Assembly: GCA_002104905.1 (NCBI GenBank) | Contig: MCFE01000030.1 | Span: forward strand, 124,001 to 188,000 | Direction: 5' to 3' | Length of the DNA: 64,000 nucleotides | From: Basidiobolus meristosporus CBS 931.73 | Lineage: Eukaryota > Fungi > Basidiobolomycota | Shown here: positions 27,000 to 40,421 of the stretch, piece after piece | How the letters are laid out: every line of letters begins with the position of its first letter | How positions within the stretch are numbered: position 1 is the first letter of the stretch | Notes under the pieces: model-generated | What the model was told of the DNA's origin: nothing | Database searches by the model: none | Seen by the model: only the letters and a program-made list of their open reading frames with translations | Translations under genes and position numbers: made by a program

Positions 27000-28800
27000 C
27001 ACAACTACCTGGGACCCAATATACTAATGAATAGCGGACAGATACTCTCCGTACAGAGTGTGAAGCAGCTGATGACATATTACTATCTAAGCTCCAGGGG
27101 CTTCATTGGTGTTAAAAAGCTACGAGATAGCAGAACTCGGTAGACGGAGGCTTCCAGTACAAGGAGAGACCGTTACAGATAGAATTTGGCCCGTTTTATC
27201 TCGGCATAAATGCAATGCAACAAAGACCGTAATGCAGGGGCAGTAATCTATTTGATGATAATACTTGCTGATCTTGCAAGTGAGTATGAATCAGAGCACT
27301 TATCCCTCCAGTACCTCAAAGTGTTCAATCTGTTCTGCATCAAAGTCCCCATTGAAACAGCATATAAAATGGTTAATGATAGGCCCCCAGATATGTATTG
27401 AGTCTCGGAACAGTGACGTATTACACGCTCCCCAGAGAGCTGAGGAAGTTAGCCATGCTTCCAAACTGGGATGCGGAAACTTACGACCATTATGATGAAA
27501 TGTGTAGGACGAGTGTATGAACAGTTTGTCTCAGACATGCAACCCTTAGCAAAATCCAGAGCCTGCTTCATGCGATACATTGGGATGATTCTCACAAAAG
27601 CATATCACCATCCAACAGAATACTGACGAATCAATGACAGACATCATGATCTAGAGGGGTTCATTTCCACGTGAAGGGCGGATCACTATCTTGGAATAAG
27701 ATTTGTTAGAAGTGATGTGTTACCCCTGGCAGCAGCTACTCGTTCTATTTGATCAATAATTGCTGTAAACAACATGGATCACCCACTGAGCTGGAATCCT
27801 AAGAGCACAACATTCAGAATTGGAAGATAAGAACTCGCACTATTCTATTCCAGGGAACCTGCGTGAATACAGGCTGTGGATACCTAGATCACAGCATCGT
27901 TGCCAAGACATTTTGGCCTACCGCGGTTCACCTAACGACCAACACACATCAATGCTCTTCCTAACTTTCCCAATCAGCTGGCATCTGTCTCCATGGACAA
28001 GGGGCCGTTAATTCACCTATATAAGTCTAAAAAGCACTGGGACACAATCAACCGACACATAGCCAGGCGCTTCCTATCTTACACATACAACTTATGCAGT
28101 CATGGATCACCAATTAACGCTATCTTCATGACGATAGCTGTGTATGAAATCCTCAACAAATAGGGGCTAGGATTTCACGCAAGATCCTACGGTCTTTTCA
28201 GAGCCCAGAAAGCGCTATCTGGCAATTCCGTCAAGGTTGCCACGGTACGTAAGTGCCCATCGACGCCGCAATCGGCCAAGCGGATCTGCAGGACTGGAAA
28301 TGGGGCGTCCGGTTTGTGAATCTGGTCGTGCGCTTGCTGTCATCCACCAAGAGAATCCCTGCGAGTCTTGAACAGGAGTCAGACATTCGTCAATGTTTCC
28401 ATGGCCACCGCGTATTTTGGTATTTATTCATTAAGCTTGGTCGGCTCACGTGACTCGCCGTCCAGTAGGATTCACTTGATGGATAACGTTCCATGTTGAC
28501 AATGGTTCGCCAATGTGGTAGTAACACTCATCGTAGGTCTTAGGATTCCGTGTTCGCTCATCATTTGGAAGATGGAATCTGCTCGCAAAACCACCCGACG
28601 TATAATTAAGCGATTCCCTATTGTGAACCGAAATGTTAAAGTTATTAGTGATCATGCCAGTTTTTACTTGCTTTTGTGCATGCTGATTGACACAGATCTC
28701 ACTTCTAAATTTTGATAAGGGGTATATTCGCAGCTGCTCCACAGAAATTCCCATATAAGGAGCCCTCTTCAAGCATCCTCCGCTGCAAATAAACCTAGGT
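27000..28800 (+). pseudogene. L1-like non-LTR RT relic (CpG retained)
   Basis: Ordered degenerate motifs across frameshifts: GNLREYR...CQDILA (NxRPISLLNxDYKILA), TRGR, SVKV...IGQAD...FVNLVVRLL (RQGD...LFNLVVEPLL), and 'gctcacgtgactcgccgtc' at ~28445 resembling (Y)ADDLAV. Confidence 0.55.
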
Positions 28801-28920
28801 GACCCTTTAGCCAGTTTGACTCATCTTCGTTAATTCCCACTTTGGCCTTTGAGCGAGCTTTGGTCGCCTTCGATTTCGATACCTTTACGGGGACCCATTT
28901 CTTTGAGTGTATAACCTGAG

Positions 28921-31550
28921 ATGCAATCCATCATGTCCGAACAAGTTGTGGCTACTCAGTTCCCCTCTGCGTACTATAACTCTCTTACTCCAGTCACCCT
29001 ACTCAATCCAAAACTTGCTTCCATCGTAACTTCCGTATCAACTGCGACTAGAATCTCTTTGAGACTGGCCTCCATCATAGCCGAGGCGTTTTTGGAATCC
29101 TTGAAATACGGCACAGCAACATCCATGGACCTGAGTAAGCGAATGCTCATCTCGGCCATTTCAGCTGCAAGGATCCATCACTCCTCCAGAATGTACAATG
29201 AATATGAGATCCGAGACTCTATTAGGTACGATCCACTCGACTCAACTCCCTAATTGCTTCTACTCACAGCCCATGAAGTCAAGCCTATTATCAAACCCTA
29301 GATAACTACACCAACCTGGGGATCTATCTCATAAATAACACCTTCAGTTTGGCTGAACTGTTTATCCACACAGGCCTCCATTTGACTTCAAAGACTGTCA
29401 AGACTGGAATTTGCGTAAGCCTTCTTTCTTTCGTATGCCTTCTTGGGTTAGTAATAACACGGTGATTTTAGGCTGCTGAGGAATCCGTTAGAATTATCGA
29501 TGGCTTGTTCGGCTCCACGGATACCTCACGAGCGCTGGCTAGTATCATCTCCTTGGTTCGTAGGGAAGTCTATGAAGACGATGAGTTCCATTTGGCTAAA
29601 TTAGGGAATGTGGTGGTGCTGCGAGCAATAACAAAAGCCATGATTGCTTTCGCCTGTCTCCAAAATGTTACCCACATGAGATCCATAGGGACTGTCAAAT
29701 TGGCATTGATGTATGAAAATACAGTTGATACAGATGGACAACCACTTACAAACCTGCTGACACATGGATGCTCTAACCGTCAGTGCCCCAGGCCATCAGC
29801 ATTCAGAGCAACCACATCAGACTTGGACTCACACGTAGCAACAGTCACTGATTTCTCCTGGAAATATGAGGCTGATGAATTCAAGCCAGAAGGTCATGTG
29901 ACCTCCGATGACCACAATCTACAAGCCTCCATCACAACGAATCAGAGCATAGAAATCGATCGAGCAAACTCTGAGGCGTCAAACGTACATGCTACCGTAC
30001 CCGGCACCAGCAAGTTGATAAGGCAGAATAAAAGCCACTGGGATATTACCAATCCCTTAGGAATCCCAAGATGCAAGGATAGTTTGTTCAGAATTTTCCT
30101 GACCATTGGCCGCCACGTTACCCAGCATACCACCTTGGAAGAGACCGGGAGAGTCGAAGTAGATAAGAACACCAACCGCCTAGCCTTAACCCCTCCACCA
30201 AATCCAAGATCTACTTCCGCCGACTCACTATCAACTGGTCATAGATCTAATGGCTCAATGTGTAGCTGCGGGTCACCAGCGTCCAGGACCAACACCAGGA
30301 GTAAAAACTACGTGGTTCAGAACTTTCCACAGCGCACGTTGTTAATGAACGTATCCAGATTCATTCGGTACGCCTCTGCATCTTACGGGAAGAACTTCAT
30401 GAAGATTCTTGGTATTGGGGTGTTGGATGACATTCTCCACCAAGACTCCCGTCACCATCCTAACCATTACTCATTTGCAAGACATACCTCACTTCCTCTG
30501 GAATCCATCCTTCTTTCATCCTTCACTAATATTTCATCTCTGAGCTCACACCGCCTGCACAGCCTGGTTCATTATGTTGCGGTTGACCACTCGGCCCAGG
30601 CAATAGTTTTGACCTGTCGTGGTACACTTGGCTTGTCCGATATTCTGACTGACTTGACGTGCGATTATGCTGAATTGCATGTCTGGGGCAAATCCTATTT
30701 GGCCCATGCCGGCATGCTACAAAGCGCCAGGATCTTAGCGTCCTCCAGGAGTGAAGTCTATCAAACCATTCGTCAAGCTTTGCTAGATCACCCTGGATAT
30801 GGACTTGTTTTGTGTGGACATTCACTAGGAGGTGGTGTAGCTGCTCTATTATCCATCCTGTGGTCTGTCAAAACCTCTATATGCCCTACGACCAAGACAA
30901 AACGCTTCGCAACGTCTGAAGAATCCGGATTACCGATTGGTCGTCCAATCCATTGCTTCGCGTATGGGGTGCCTTGCGTCGTTTCACTAAACCTATCGAA
31001 GGAGTGTTCAGGACTGATCACCAGTGTTGTCAATCGATATGACCTTGTCCCCTGTCTAAGTCTAGGGTTATTGAAAGACTTCAAAAACATAGCAATGTCC
31101 TTGTACGAAGAAAGTCACATCGCAGATTTGGTAATCTCCAGTGTCCTCGCAATCAATTCTGGATACAGATCGAAGGAGCAAGGCAATGCGGAAAACAACC
31201 AGCCACAGGACCTAGCCGCAAAGCAGCAAGCTTTGACCCTGGACCCGCTCGCTGGGGACCCCGACAGAGATTGGTTCTGGAGTCTAATCAAAACCATGCG
31301 AGCAGATATGGCATCCGAAAAACTCTATCCTCCGGGAGCACTATATTTGTTGGATACCAAGTCCACCCTGAGCGAACAGGGGTCACGACCAGCCGTCCCA
31401 GCCACTAGAGTAACCATGCATTTATGCGAAAATGTGGAAGAACGCTTTTCGGAAATCACATTCTCCAAATCCATGTTTATGGACCATTCACCGCGTTGCT
31501 ACGAAGACACTCTGGCGCTTCTGGCTCGAGAAGCTTGTGAGACTATATAA
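28921..31550 (+). CDS. Class-3 lipase, sn1-diacylglycerol-lipase-like; 3 exons (28921-29225, ~29279-29414, 29472-31550)
   Basis: 681-codon open terminal exon with LTCRGTLGLSDILTDL, AHAGML and LCGHSLGGG (GxSxG). GT..AG introns, with a CTAAT branch site in intron 1. The intron-1 acceptor is ambiguous. Confidence 0.9.
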
Positions 31551-31885
31551 CACTCAATTAGATGAGGACCCCGTACCAAAGCCTTCCAATAGGGAGCCTG
31601 CTATTTTGAATATACATTGCAACACCTTGTTCAAGATCCTTCTGCCGCCAAGGCCTGGTTGAATAAAATACACAGAAATTTTCTTAATCATACAGCATAA
31701 AGCCAAAGATTTCACTTCCACCCCCCGTAGAGCCAATCATTGATCCCAACTTTTTGTACTCGATCATTGATCTTTTTTTTTGGGATTTGTGCCAGAGGGT
31801 TGGAATAAGTAGTTCCGATCGTACACAATCCATCTTTCTCTTTTCCCGGTTGTTGAGTCAGTTGGTGATCCACGTACATAATAAG

Positions 31886-32398
31886 ATGGTCAGTATAGGA
31901 TTTTAGTCTCGTCCAATTGGATTAGATCGCTGGATTCCCTCCTGATCTTTGATGGATGCATGTAATCTATCCCACATTTGCTGACCACGTCTCTATACAC
32001 AGGCTGACGCAACTGTAACTATCCGCACTCGTAAATTTTTGACCAACCGACTCTTGCAACGCAAGCAATTCGTCGTTGACATCTTGCACCCCGGCAAGGC
32101 TAACATCAGCAAGGATGAGCTCCGCGAGAAGCTTGCCAAAATGTACAAATCTGACAAAGAGAACGTCTTCTGCTTCGGCTTCCGTACCGTCTTTGGTGGA
32201 GGCAAATCCACCGGATTCGCCTTGATCTACGATTCTCTGGATTCGGCCAAGAAATTCGAGCCCAAGTACCGCCTTGTCCGCCACGGACTTGGTGAGCATG
32301 GCATCACCTCGCGTAAACAACGCAAGGAGCGCAAGAACCGTCTCAAGAAGCTCCGTGGTACTGCCAAGACCAAGGGCCCCAAGACTAAGTCTGAATAA
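31886..32398 (+). CDS. RPS24: 40S ribosomal protein S24 (eS24); exon 1 is only the ATG (31886-31888), intron 31889-32002, exon 2 32003-32398
   Basis: [31 protein letters not shown]...[20 protein letters not shown]...[15 protein letters not shown] donor, GCTGAC branch site and CAG acceptor. Confidence 0.97.
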
Positions 32399-32499
32399 GC
32401 TTCCCTCCCGTGATTCATCGTCTTTTTTCTCAACCCTTTTGCCACTTGTGGAATCGTCGACTGTCCATAGTATACTCATAAATAAACCTGCCAAATTCA

Positions 32500-33400
32500 T
32501 TCCACTTTGTCGTAGAGGCCCTAGCTTAGGTATGCATCAGCCATGTGGATTTGGAAGAGTGGCCGATTCACTGCGGCATGTGTGAAACACGAGAGTGGGG
32601 GCCGCAACGGCTAACGTCTTGTTGGAATATGGAAGGATCAACAGAGGCCCCTTGGTTTGGGATTTTCAGCTGGATCTTGCCGATGATCAGGATGGGTGAG
32701 AGCCGGTTTGATACTCGCAACCTGCTTGAGATGAAACGCTGAGAACTCCGAAATGCAACACTTCAAATAGATAAACTGCGTGGTTAGCCATTCTGGGGCC
32801 AACAAGCAATGCGGATCAGCAACAGTATTCAGCACTATCCGGTAGGCCAACTGGTTGTTCTTTCCCCTTCTCTGTAGTAGCCTTCCCACAACCACCAGGC
32901 AACGATTACTAAGCATTTGCACCGGCCTTGTCACTTCAGCGCTTTGGTTTGGTATGAGGTAATCAGATCCCTCAACCAAGCGGATAAATGGTGATACCTC
33001 TCGGGTCCGATGGGATCCATTTATTTTTATATACAAGACCTCTCACGCTAATCTACAAACCCATCTGCCCTTCATTCAATTATCGGAAATCGAGGCAGGT
33101 GGGAGGAATCGGCTGAATGGATGGACATGGGTGGCGAGATCTCAAGAAATACCGAGGGTGATTCATGAAATCGTCTAAGGTTTTATGGCGTGCAGAGGAA
33201 TCCGGAGAAAATACGCCTCGCTGATTAGTTGATCGTTCGTCTGTGAACAGGTGTGGTTTGGACTGGGTGTTGGCGAGGATAATAGGTCGGCTTGATCCTT
33301 CGTTGCTGCATTCAACGAACTTCTATACCATAGATGGCGGGTGTTTATGTTACGTGGCATTGGGTTGATTAGTAGATGAGGAGTCGATTATTGGTATTCA
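32500..33400 (+). pseudogene. Possible L1-like RT relic
   Basis: Weak but ordered motifs: RLTSCWN, GFSAG, DDQD, INCVVS, VGQLVVLSPSL. Confidence 0.3.
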
Positions 33401-33478
33401 GCTAGGTAGTTTTTTGAGGGAGGGTGTTCTTGCTTCCGGCCTCAATAGCATGGTCAGTGGGGGGGAGTTGCCCAAATT

Positions 33479-34519
33479 CTAACACTTGGACCGAAGCCTG
33501 CTCAGTAGGTTTCCTCTTTGCATTTCTACTCTTCTAGGGAGGGTGTGGATTTTTCTCGAGACTAACAATGGCGTAGACCTTGGGTAGTATGGATTGTGCG
33601 ACCACGTCATCGACTTGGGCTTGTTACGACGTGTAGAGAAGCTACTGGAAAAACGGTTCATCAATACTTCGCACTCGTGAGTGAATTTTGCGTCGCTCAT
33701 TTCGATGTAATCCTGAGGTACGCAGAAGTGCCCATATTCCTCATAGAACTTCCGGTAGCCCCCTTCGACGATGTAGATTTCGGGAAAGTAAAGGCTTGGG
33801 TAGTTCTCGGAATTCAATTCACGGTCCTTGCTACGCAAATGGAGAGCCCTGTTTCCGTGTGGCGTTAGTATGCCATCCTTCACATGCACATGGTGTGGTG
33901 ACCTACATTCGAGGCCCCCGATGGGCGGAGAATTCACAATGAAATATCACTACTGTACGAGTACCAGTCGAAATGTTGACGAAGAAGTACTTCTCCAGCT
34001 CCTCTTTGGTATTCAAATTCACTGCTCCTTCGATATGGCCTCCTTCGTATTCGTATGGGAATCGGCAATCAACAATCTCCAGCTTGTCATATCTGCTACG
34101 GAATTTCCCAGCCAGCACCTCGGAAAGCTGAGACAACGTCGGGTTAGCAAATCCATCGCCATTGCAGTCTAGAATCGACGGGGAGAATTCATACGTACAG
34201 TTTGCGAGGTGATTCGTTTGAGGCAGTCTTCTTTGCTACTGTGGTTTGGAATTGAGTTGAGTTGGGGGCTGGCGTCCACTACAGTGCGCTTACAAGAATT
34301 ACTGAAAACAAACTCTTGATTCGAAAGGCACAGGCTCTGAGTCTTTCGAAGTTTGGGTGGTGGGGGTCTGGACATGTCAGCAGTATGATGCATTGAAACA
34401 TCAAGATCGACAGATGATCGGCGGGTTTGGGCTATAGGAAAAGAGCAAGAAACAGAGATGGGTTAGATCGCCCGATTTCAACGCAGAAAGCTAATAACGA
34501 ATCAGCAAGTACCAGGCAT
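33479..34519 (-). CDS. CDC25: Cdc25/Mih1 M-phase inducer phosphatase (multi-exon; start codon uncertain)
   Basis: IVDCRFPYEYEGGHIEGAVN, IFHCEFSAHRGPRM (HCX5R) and ALHLRSKDR...YPSLYFPEIYIVEGGYRKF. GT..AG introns with CTAAC branch sites join the frames. Confidence 0.92.
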
Positions 34520-34699
34520 ATTCAATGGTGTCTGTATTCCAGTGGTAAGGCTTTTGGGCACAAGGCAAGCTTAGGGAAACTAAGTGAAATAGATGGAATC
34601 CAAGATTTCAAGTGAGAATTTGGTGACTTTATATACGTCTGGTCCAAATTTGGTGAATGCAATTAAGCCAAGATACCTTTTCCCCGGATGAAACGCAGC

Positions 34700-35650
34700 A
34701 AGATAATACCAATCAGCTATCCTCACTGGTTTTCTTACTGGCATTAGTCTCATCTCCGGATCAATAATGGCTAACTGAAAGCAACCTGACCACTCGCATG
34801 GTGATCATGAAAGAGGACAATTTAACATATGTTAATTACGGTAATACAAGTGCCTACTATAGGCATCTGGTATCATCAAGGCAATGAATGCTCTATGATT
34901 GGTGAAAATCATCAGCGAAGCGAAGAACTCGATGAAATTGAAAAGGAAATCCCACTGAGGGCACAGGTTCCAGAAATGGAAGAATCCTAGATTGGCTCAC
35001 GCAACATTCAATAAGATCCACATCAATCCCAGGATTCTTTGCTGCACTCAGCATCCTCGGCGCACCATTACATATCCAATTCCTACTTGCTCTTCCTTTT
35101 ACAGTCGTTTGGTACCATAGATTGACTCGATGAGCACATCCCACGAGATCCCGCTGATGATATTTACATTGGACAGAAAGGAGAGAGCATTTTACCAATG
35201 ATTCTTGGTGATCCTACGGTAGTGTTGGGATCAAAGCTGGATACCATTGCTGCGACAATTCTTTTCCTTATCGACTTGATTATTATTTTTTATTCTGCTC
35301 GGAAGGAGTTTTATGCACAGCATATCCACTCAAATGGAGTTGATTGGTGTGATCGAAGCTCTACCTTGGGCAGTGCCAACTGTTCAGCTATGGTGGCTTA
35401 GGTAATCAACTCCCAAGCACAGTAGGCCCAACAGCTTACCAGGTTTGAGTCGGGTTTTCCCTCTTTTGATGTTGGCCCATTCCAAGCCACCATTTCCTCT
35501 CACAGGAAACCAGTGCTAGCAACCATTTATCTCTTGGATAACACCAGGACGTATGCCTGTTGGCTGCTCACATGGTTCCTAGGCAAAGATCGAATCCAAC
35601 AATCCGGTAAGTGGCCTTCCCCCTTAAACATGGATCCTCACTGAACATGA
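34700..35650 (-). pseudogene. L1-like RT relic
   Basis: GLLDSIFA*E, INGC*HWFPVRG, IAEQLA, GYAV(H) at the YADD position, then VKGRASRNWICN (SxxGRxxxxN). Confidence 0.45.
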
Positions 35651-36349
35651 CCAAATTTGAAAGGCCACTTAATTAATTAGATTGATTCATATCACCATGG
35701 AGTGTAAATCATTAACTTCCCATTGTCCCTGATCTGGACTTGGTCAGCCACTGATTATCAAACTTCATGAATACGGCGTGCATGAGTAGTGGTTGTGCAA
35801 GTCAGGTGTCGGTGAAATTCCGTTTAATTAAACCCAATCTATGTCCTGCCGAGAAACTAAGATCGATTGAATCCGGCGTCTTTGCTTAGTCATAGCACCA
35901 CGGTGCTGTCACCCCTATATACCTCGCTAGTATTTGGCAAGTTACACATGATGCTCAACCGCTACCTTCCATGAAGGCCAAAGGGGACAAATGCAAATGA
36001 ATGGCAAAGAATAGGGCTAAACTGAACTCGAGGTGCTCGCATTCACACCTCATATGTTGATGCCTCACTCTCAAACCAGGCCCAACTCGCCGGTTTGGCC
36101 CGTTTTATCCTATTTTTGCAGCTCACAAGCGACACAGACTAGGTAGGACACGCTCACAACTGGCCCACAGCTAAATGTGCGAATGCTAATGCGGAAATCT
36201 CGGCATGACCATTAGAGTCGTGACTAGTGGGAGTTCCTGTCAGGGGAGTATTCCTCCGAGTATTACCAGTCGATAAGTAGTAACATTATCTTGAGCCTAA
36301 TTCGAGACTTCGCTGTTGGACGAGAAGTGGACGTTTCTGTTGGCCATCC

Positions 36350-37300
36350 CACGGATCAAATAGGAATCCTTACGAGTTATATCCAGTAACTATCTGCAGC
36401 CATTCAAGGCTCTTTGCGTGAGATGTATACCGAAGATACTTTATGGCTAAGGCCGGGTAAGACATGCTGCCTTTACCAAACACGGAATCATAGGCAAGAG
36501 AACAACGCAAGTGATTTGCAAGCTTTGGTGTTCTCAGCTGATGCAACTTCATTAAACTGAGAAATTTCCTTTCCACCATCACGATCCACAGAAACCTGTG
36601 CAGACTCTTTGGGAGTTGAAGCTTGCATTTATAAATCCAACCTTGAGGCTGCCGCAAATGCGTGGTCCTATGATGCACAATGGTTACGAATCGCTTTCTC
36701 TTACCCCGAGCATACGCTTCTGTATAGTGTCACATCTTAATATAAACGCATTCAAACAAAAGGAAAATAACTCCCAGTAGACTTGTGTGTCCCAAATTCA
36801 CGCATGTTCAGGCCCCAAATATTTCAATTTACGGCCATACTTGAAAACCAACAAGCTAAAGAGCTTTAGGGTTTTCTGCATGCCATAAAGCATCGAATCT
36901 TTGGTAAGGTGGAAGACGCAGGGAGTAATAGGGATGTATTTGCGAGAATTCCAAAAGACCTTTGGATTAGGCTATCCACCTCTCCTAGAACGAATATAGT
37001 TACTCAGTCCTTCAATATCAGGTATGCAAATGACCCCAGTCTACCGAGAACGGATGGAGTTTTCTGAGCTTTACACAGATTCTGGTGCCTGGTCATTGCA
37101 ATCTTTCCTCAGTAAACATTACTCATATTAGTGCTGACCGAGGAAAGTAGTCGCACTTCACAATATAGCCTCAGGATATTCTTGTTTGAGATTTTGGCTT
37201 CAGCATCGAGCATTCTCGACTAGAGCAAAGCCACCTACAAGGCTGATGTGCAATAGATTGTCGGCGCTGCAGTTGCAAACTATCCAATCCACCTAGGTTT
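36350..37300 (-). pseudogene. L1-like RT relic
   Basis: VALL*...AEAKIS, FAY(-)DI with a 1-nt deletion, KLKYLG, then SLHRFLW...L...L..PK (cf. FLW...ISWxxLCxPK). Confidence 0.55.
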
Positions 37301-37528
37301 ATTCTTCTTGGAGCTCACCACGTAGATTACAGAAGAAAGTTTGCGTCAACCTGCTGGTGCTTGATGACTGGAGCAGATACCCAATCAACATGTAGTTTCC
37401 CGCCTTCCCAAAATCCAGGGATTATTTTTAGGGTCAGTTAGGTATGCCAATGGTTTTGATTTAATCTTGTTGCATGATCATCTCATTACCAATAGGCGGT
37501 GTAGTGTAGTTCCCTAAGCTTGTTCAAG

Positions 37529-39027
37529 ATGGAGTATACGCCGGAGGTTTTGTACGAGAAGCTCACAAAGATACTTTATAGAAGTGAAGAATTGTAAGTG
37601 GAGCACTTTTGAAGTTCATGGTTCCCATTTAACAACGACATAAGAGAAGAACTGGGTCTTCTCCCAGTGGCGGGTAATCTAGATGGTTCTGAGCATGCTC
37701 CTTTTGTTCTACTCGAAAACCGCCTAGGAATTCCTCTTCAATACGTCACTACGATATATAAGTGCGCCTGGGGGAAGTTTTGTTCCTTGAGAAGTGCTGG
37801 TTCAGGATCCGACAAAGGTAGCTATCAATCTGCACTGAACTCCGATGTCAAGCGAGGTTACCTTTGTCATTGAAGAAGCTAACCTCTCAACATAGAGGCA
37901 CTCACAAGATTGGACTGTTGTATGAAAAGCCTAATAATCATTAATCCTGAATGCTACTCTGCCTGGAATCTACGGTATTTCTAGTCCAGCCTAGGCGGAA
38001 TTAAACTCAGCACTAACTTTCACTAACCTCTGGTCACTTCTAAGTAAGCAACTGGTTCAGCAGGGACAATTGGATCCCGCCAACGAGCTGCCGTTCATAG
38101 AATTGTTGTTCACTTTCCCACAGCATAACAAAAGCTATACCACCTGGCATCATCGGTAAATCCTGCTGAGACTTTGCGCTGGCCTGCCGGGCTCATATAT
38201 TTGTTGGATTAGGAAATGGGTCATTGAGCTGATAGCAGCCAAGACGTCATGCATGCCGTCAGTGATCAAGGAGATCGAAATCTGCAGTCGTGTAGGAGAG
38301 CTCTATCCCAAAAATTACAATGCTTGGGTTCATCGGCAATGGATCCTTAAGTATATCGACAATCAACAAGCACTGCTTGAGGAGTTGGAACGAGTCACCT
38401 ATTGGAACAACTCTCACATCTCTGATCATTCAGGTTTTCATCATCGAGAACAGGTTCTCCTACGTATCTGCCAACAATTGGGGGTTCTGTCATCGATAGG
38501 AAGAGTCTCTAGAATCAACATTATGGAGAAATCCAATTCAGTGTCTTCGAATGTATCCCTTCTCAACGCCAGTCTGGATGAGCAGAGGCCACTGCTTGAT
38601 TTGTGGCTTGCCGAGTTCCGGTACACAAAAGAGCTGCTGACCCGCTACCCAGAGCACGAGACACTTTGGTATCATCTTCGTTTTTGCTACTTTTACTGGA
38701 GATTGATTGGTTTTGAAGAGCTGAGTCCAGACATTGAAGAGTCAAATACGGCCTGGCCTTGCTTACATTCCGAGATGAATTTCGTGGAGCAATTCATTGA
38801 GCTCAACGCTCATGACTCTGATGAAGCCACTTACGCTTTATCATATAAGCTGTACATCCTTGAACTTGTAAGATACACACCCTCTAATGTCCTCGTGATG
38901 TTTGACTGATTTTGGTATTTTACAGAATCAGCAAGAAGTCATGCCGACGATGGCACAGCTAGCAGAACTTTCCAAGCATTCTAACTACTATGCGGCACAC
39001 CTTCCAGCCTCATCAAGGCCCACATGA
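37529..39027 (+). CDS. Protein prenyltransferase alpha-subunit repeat protein (PTAR1-like), 6 exons
   Basis: ELGLLP...LENRLGIP, INPECYSAWNLR, KSYTTWHHR, YPKNYNAWVHRQW, HISDHSGFHHR and YPEHETLWYHLR (PPTA repeats). GT..AG introns keep the frame through to the TGA at 39025-39027. Confidence 0.88.
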
Positions 39028-39299
39028 TGTTTTTGGCGGTGATACCTCAAGCAATCTCTGGATCAACCAGTCAAATACTGCGTATCAAGGGAGTGTAGCT
39101 GAATAAAAATCTAATCTCACACCTCACCGACTGGATTTTGGAGTTGGAAACTAGGCTCATTGCCACCTTGGACGTAGGAAGTACAAAACACCTTTCCTTG
39201 AGATATTCTTATGATAACATTTACAAAGTTGCGGGAATGCAAATGCCTTACTGTTGCTCAATATACCAACAGTGAATAAGATACATCCTTTAGCCCTCC

Positions 39300-40350
39300 A
39301 GATCCTTTTGAGCACTTCTGAATAAATCGTCGCTATTTTTACCAAACACACTATCAAATGAAGACTTACGTTTTAGCAAAATTTAAATGAGAATATGCTC
39401 ATACCTGGCAGCATTCTAAATGCACGCTTTTGGTCTCCAGATCAGAGGAACCACATTATTAATGAACTGAAATTTCAGGATAAAAACAGTATAGCATGTT
39501 TCCTGTTTTCTACCATGTCTTTGAAAATTGTATCCTTACAGGAATACTGGTGCATATGACTTTCTGTGTCACATCACATACTATATCCATGTGGAAGATA
39601 TGAAATATATCTGCTTACTATCTCATAATCCATACAGGTTACAATATCATTGGTGCTTTATTTGTTACTGCTCTCAAGTTTAGAGAGAGTGATCTGGTGT
39701 GCAGTGATGCCTCCATTATTGCAGCACCTAAATTGAGTGGATAACAAAGTGAATGTGGATTCCTGTTGGGCATTTCTTAGATATCCATAGATTTATAAAA
39801 TACAGACTTCAAGCTGAGGTCTGCTAGTACCAAGTGTTGAATAACTTGCGTCTGTATCTAAACTTTAACACTTAGATCCTGGTATATGATGCCACACAAC
39901 ACTGAGACTTTGCTAAGTGCTTATAGGCTTATAGGTGAATTGCTCATCAAGACACTCCCAAAGTATACATATCACTCTTAAATCTGATGGATCATTAAGT
40001 GAAGACAGTATGACTTGCTAGTACCCCCAACAATAGGACTCATCTACTCAAGAAGTTCCACAAGTTGTCACACAGAACAACATTGGTTCATTCATGCAAC
40101 TGGATTAAAAAGTGGGCTGGAAAGTTCTTCAACAAGCTTGAAAATGTTTTCTGGGAATAAGGTCTACCTATTGCATCTAGGAGTAAAGGAGATTATAGAT
40201 TTACCAACAACACCAAGGATGTCATATGTGGAAGTGTCAAATGTGCTGTAAGGGGTACACACCAAAGATTTAATGAAGATAACTCTTAAGTGTATGGTAA
40301 TAGGGATGTCAAGTTATCATTTGGTATAAGCAAAAACAATTCATAATATC
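39300..40350 (+). pseudogene. L1-like RT relic (mostly CpG-depleted)
   Basis: SL...HYQMKTYVLA (SLxNxDYKILTKVLA), IPGSILN...HIINELK...KIVS, LVYDAT at the YADD position, and WIKKWAGKFF (WKGKxLS). Confidence 0.55.
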
Positions 40351-40421
40351 ACATAGGTTTGTTATTGTTGTAAAAATTCATAATTTCACCTAAATATTCC
40401 CCTAACTTAGTCACTTGGATC

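Noticed and set aside
31886-31888. ATG-only first exon of RPS24
   Set aside because: A common arrangement in ribosomal-protein genes; not novel.
31967-32500. 177-aa minus-strand ORF
   Set aside because: Antisense shadow of the codon-biased RPS24 exon.
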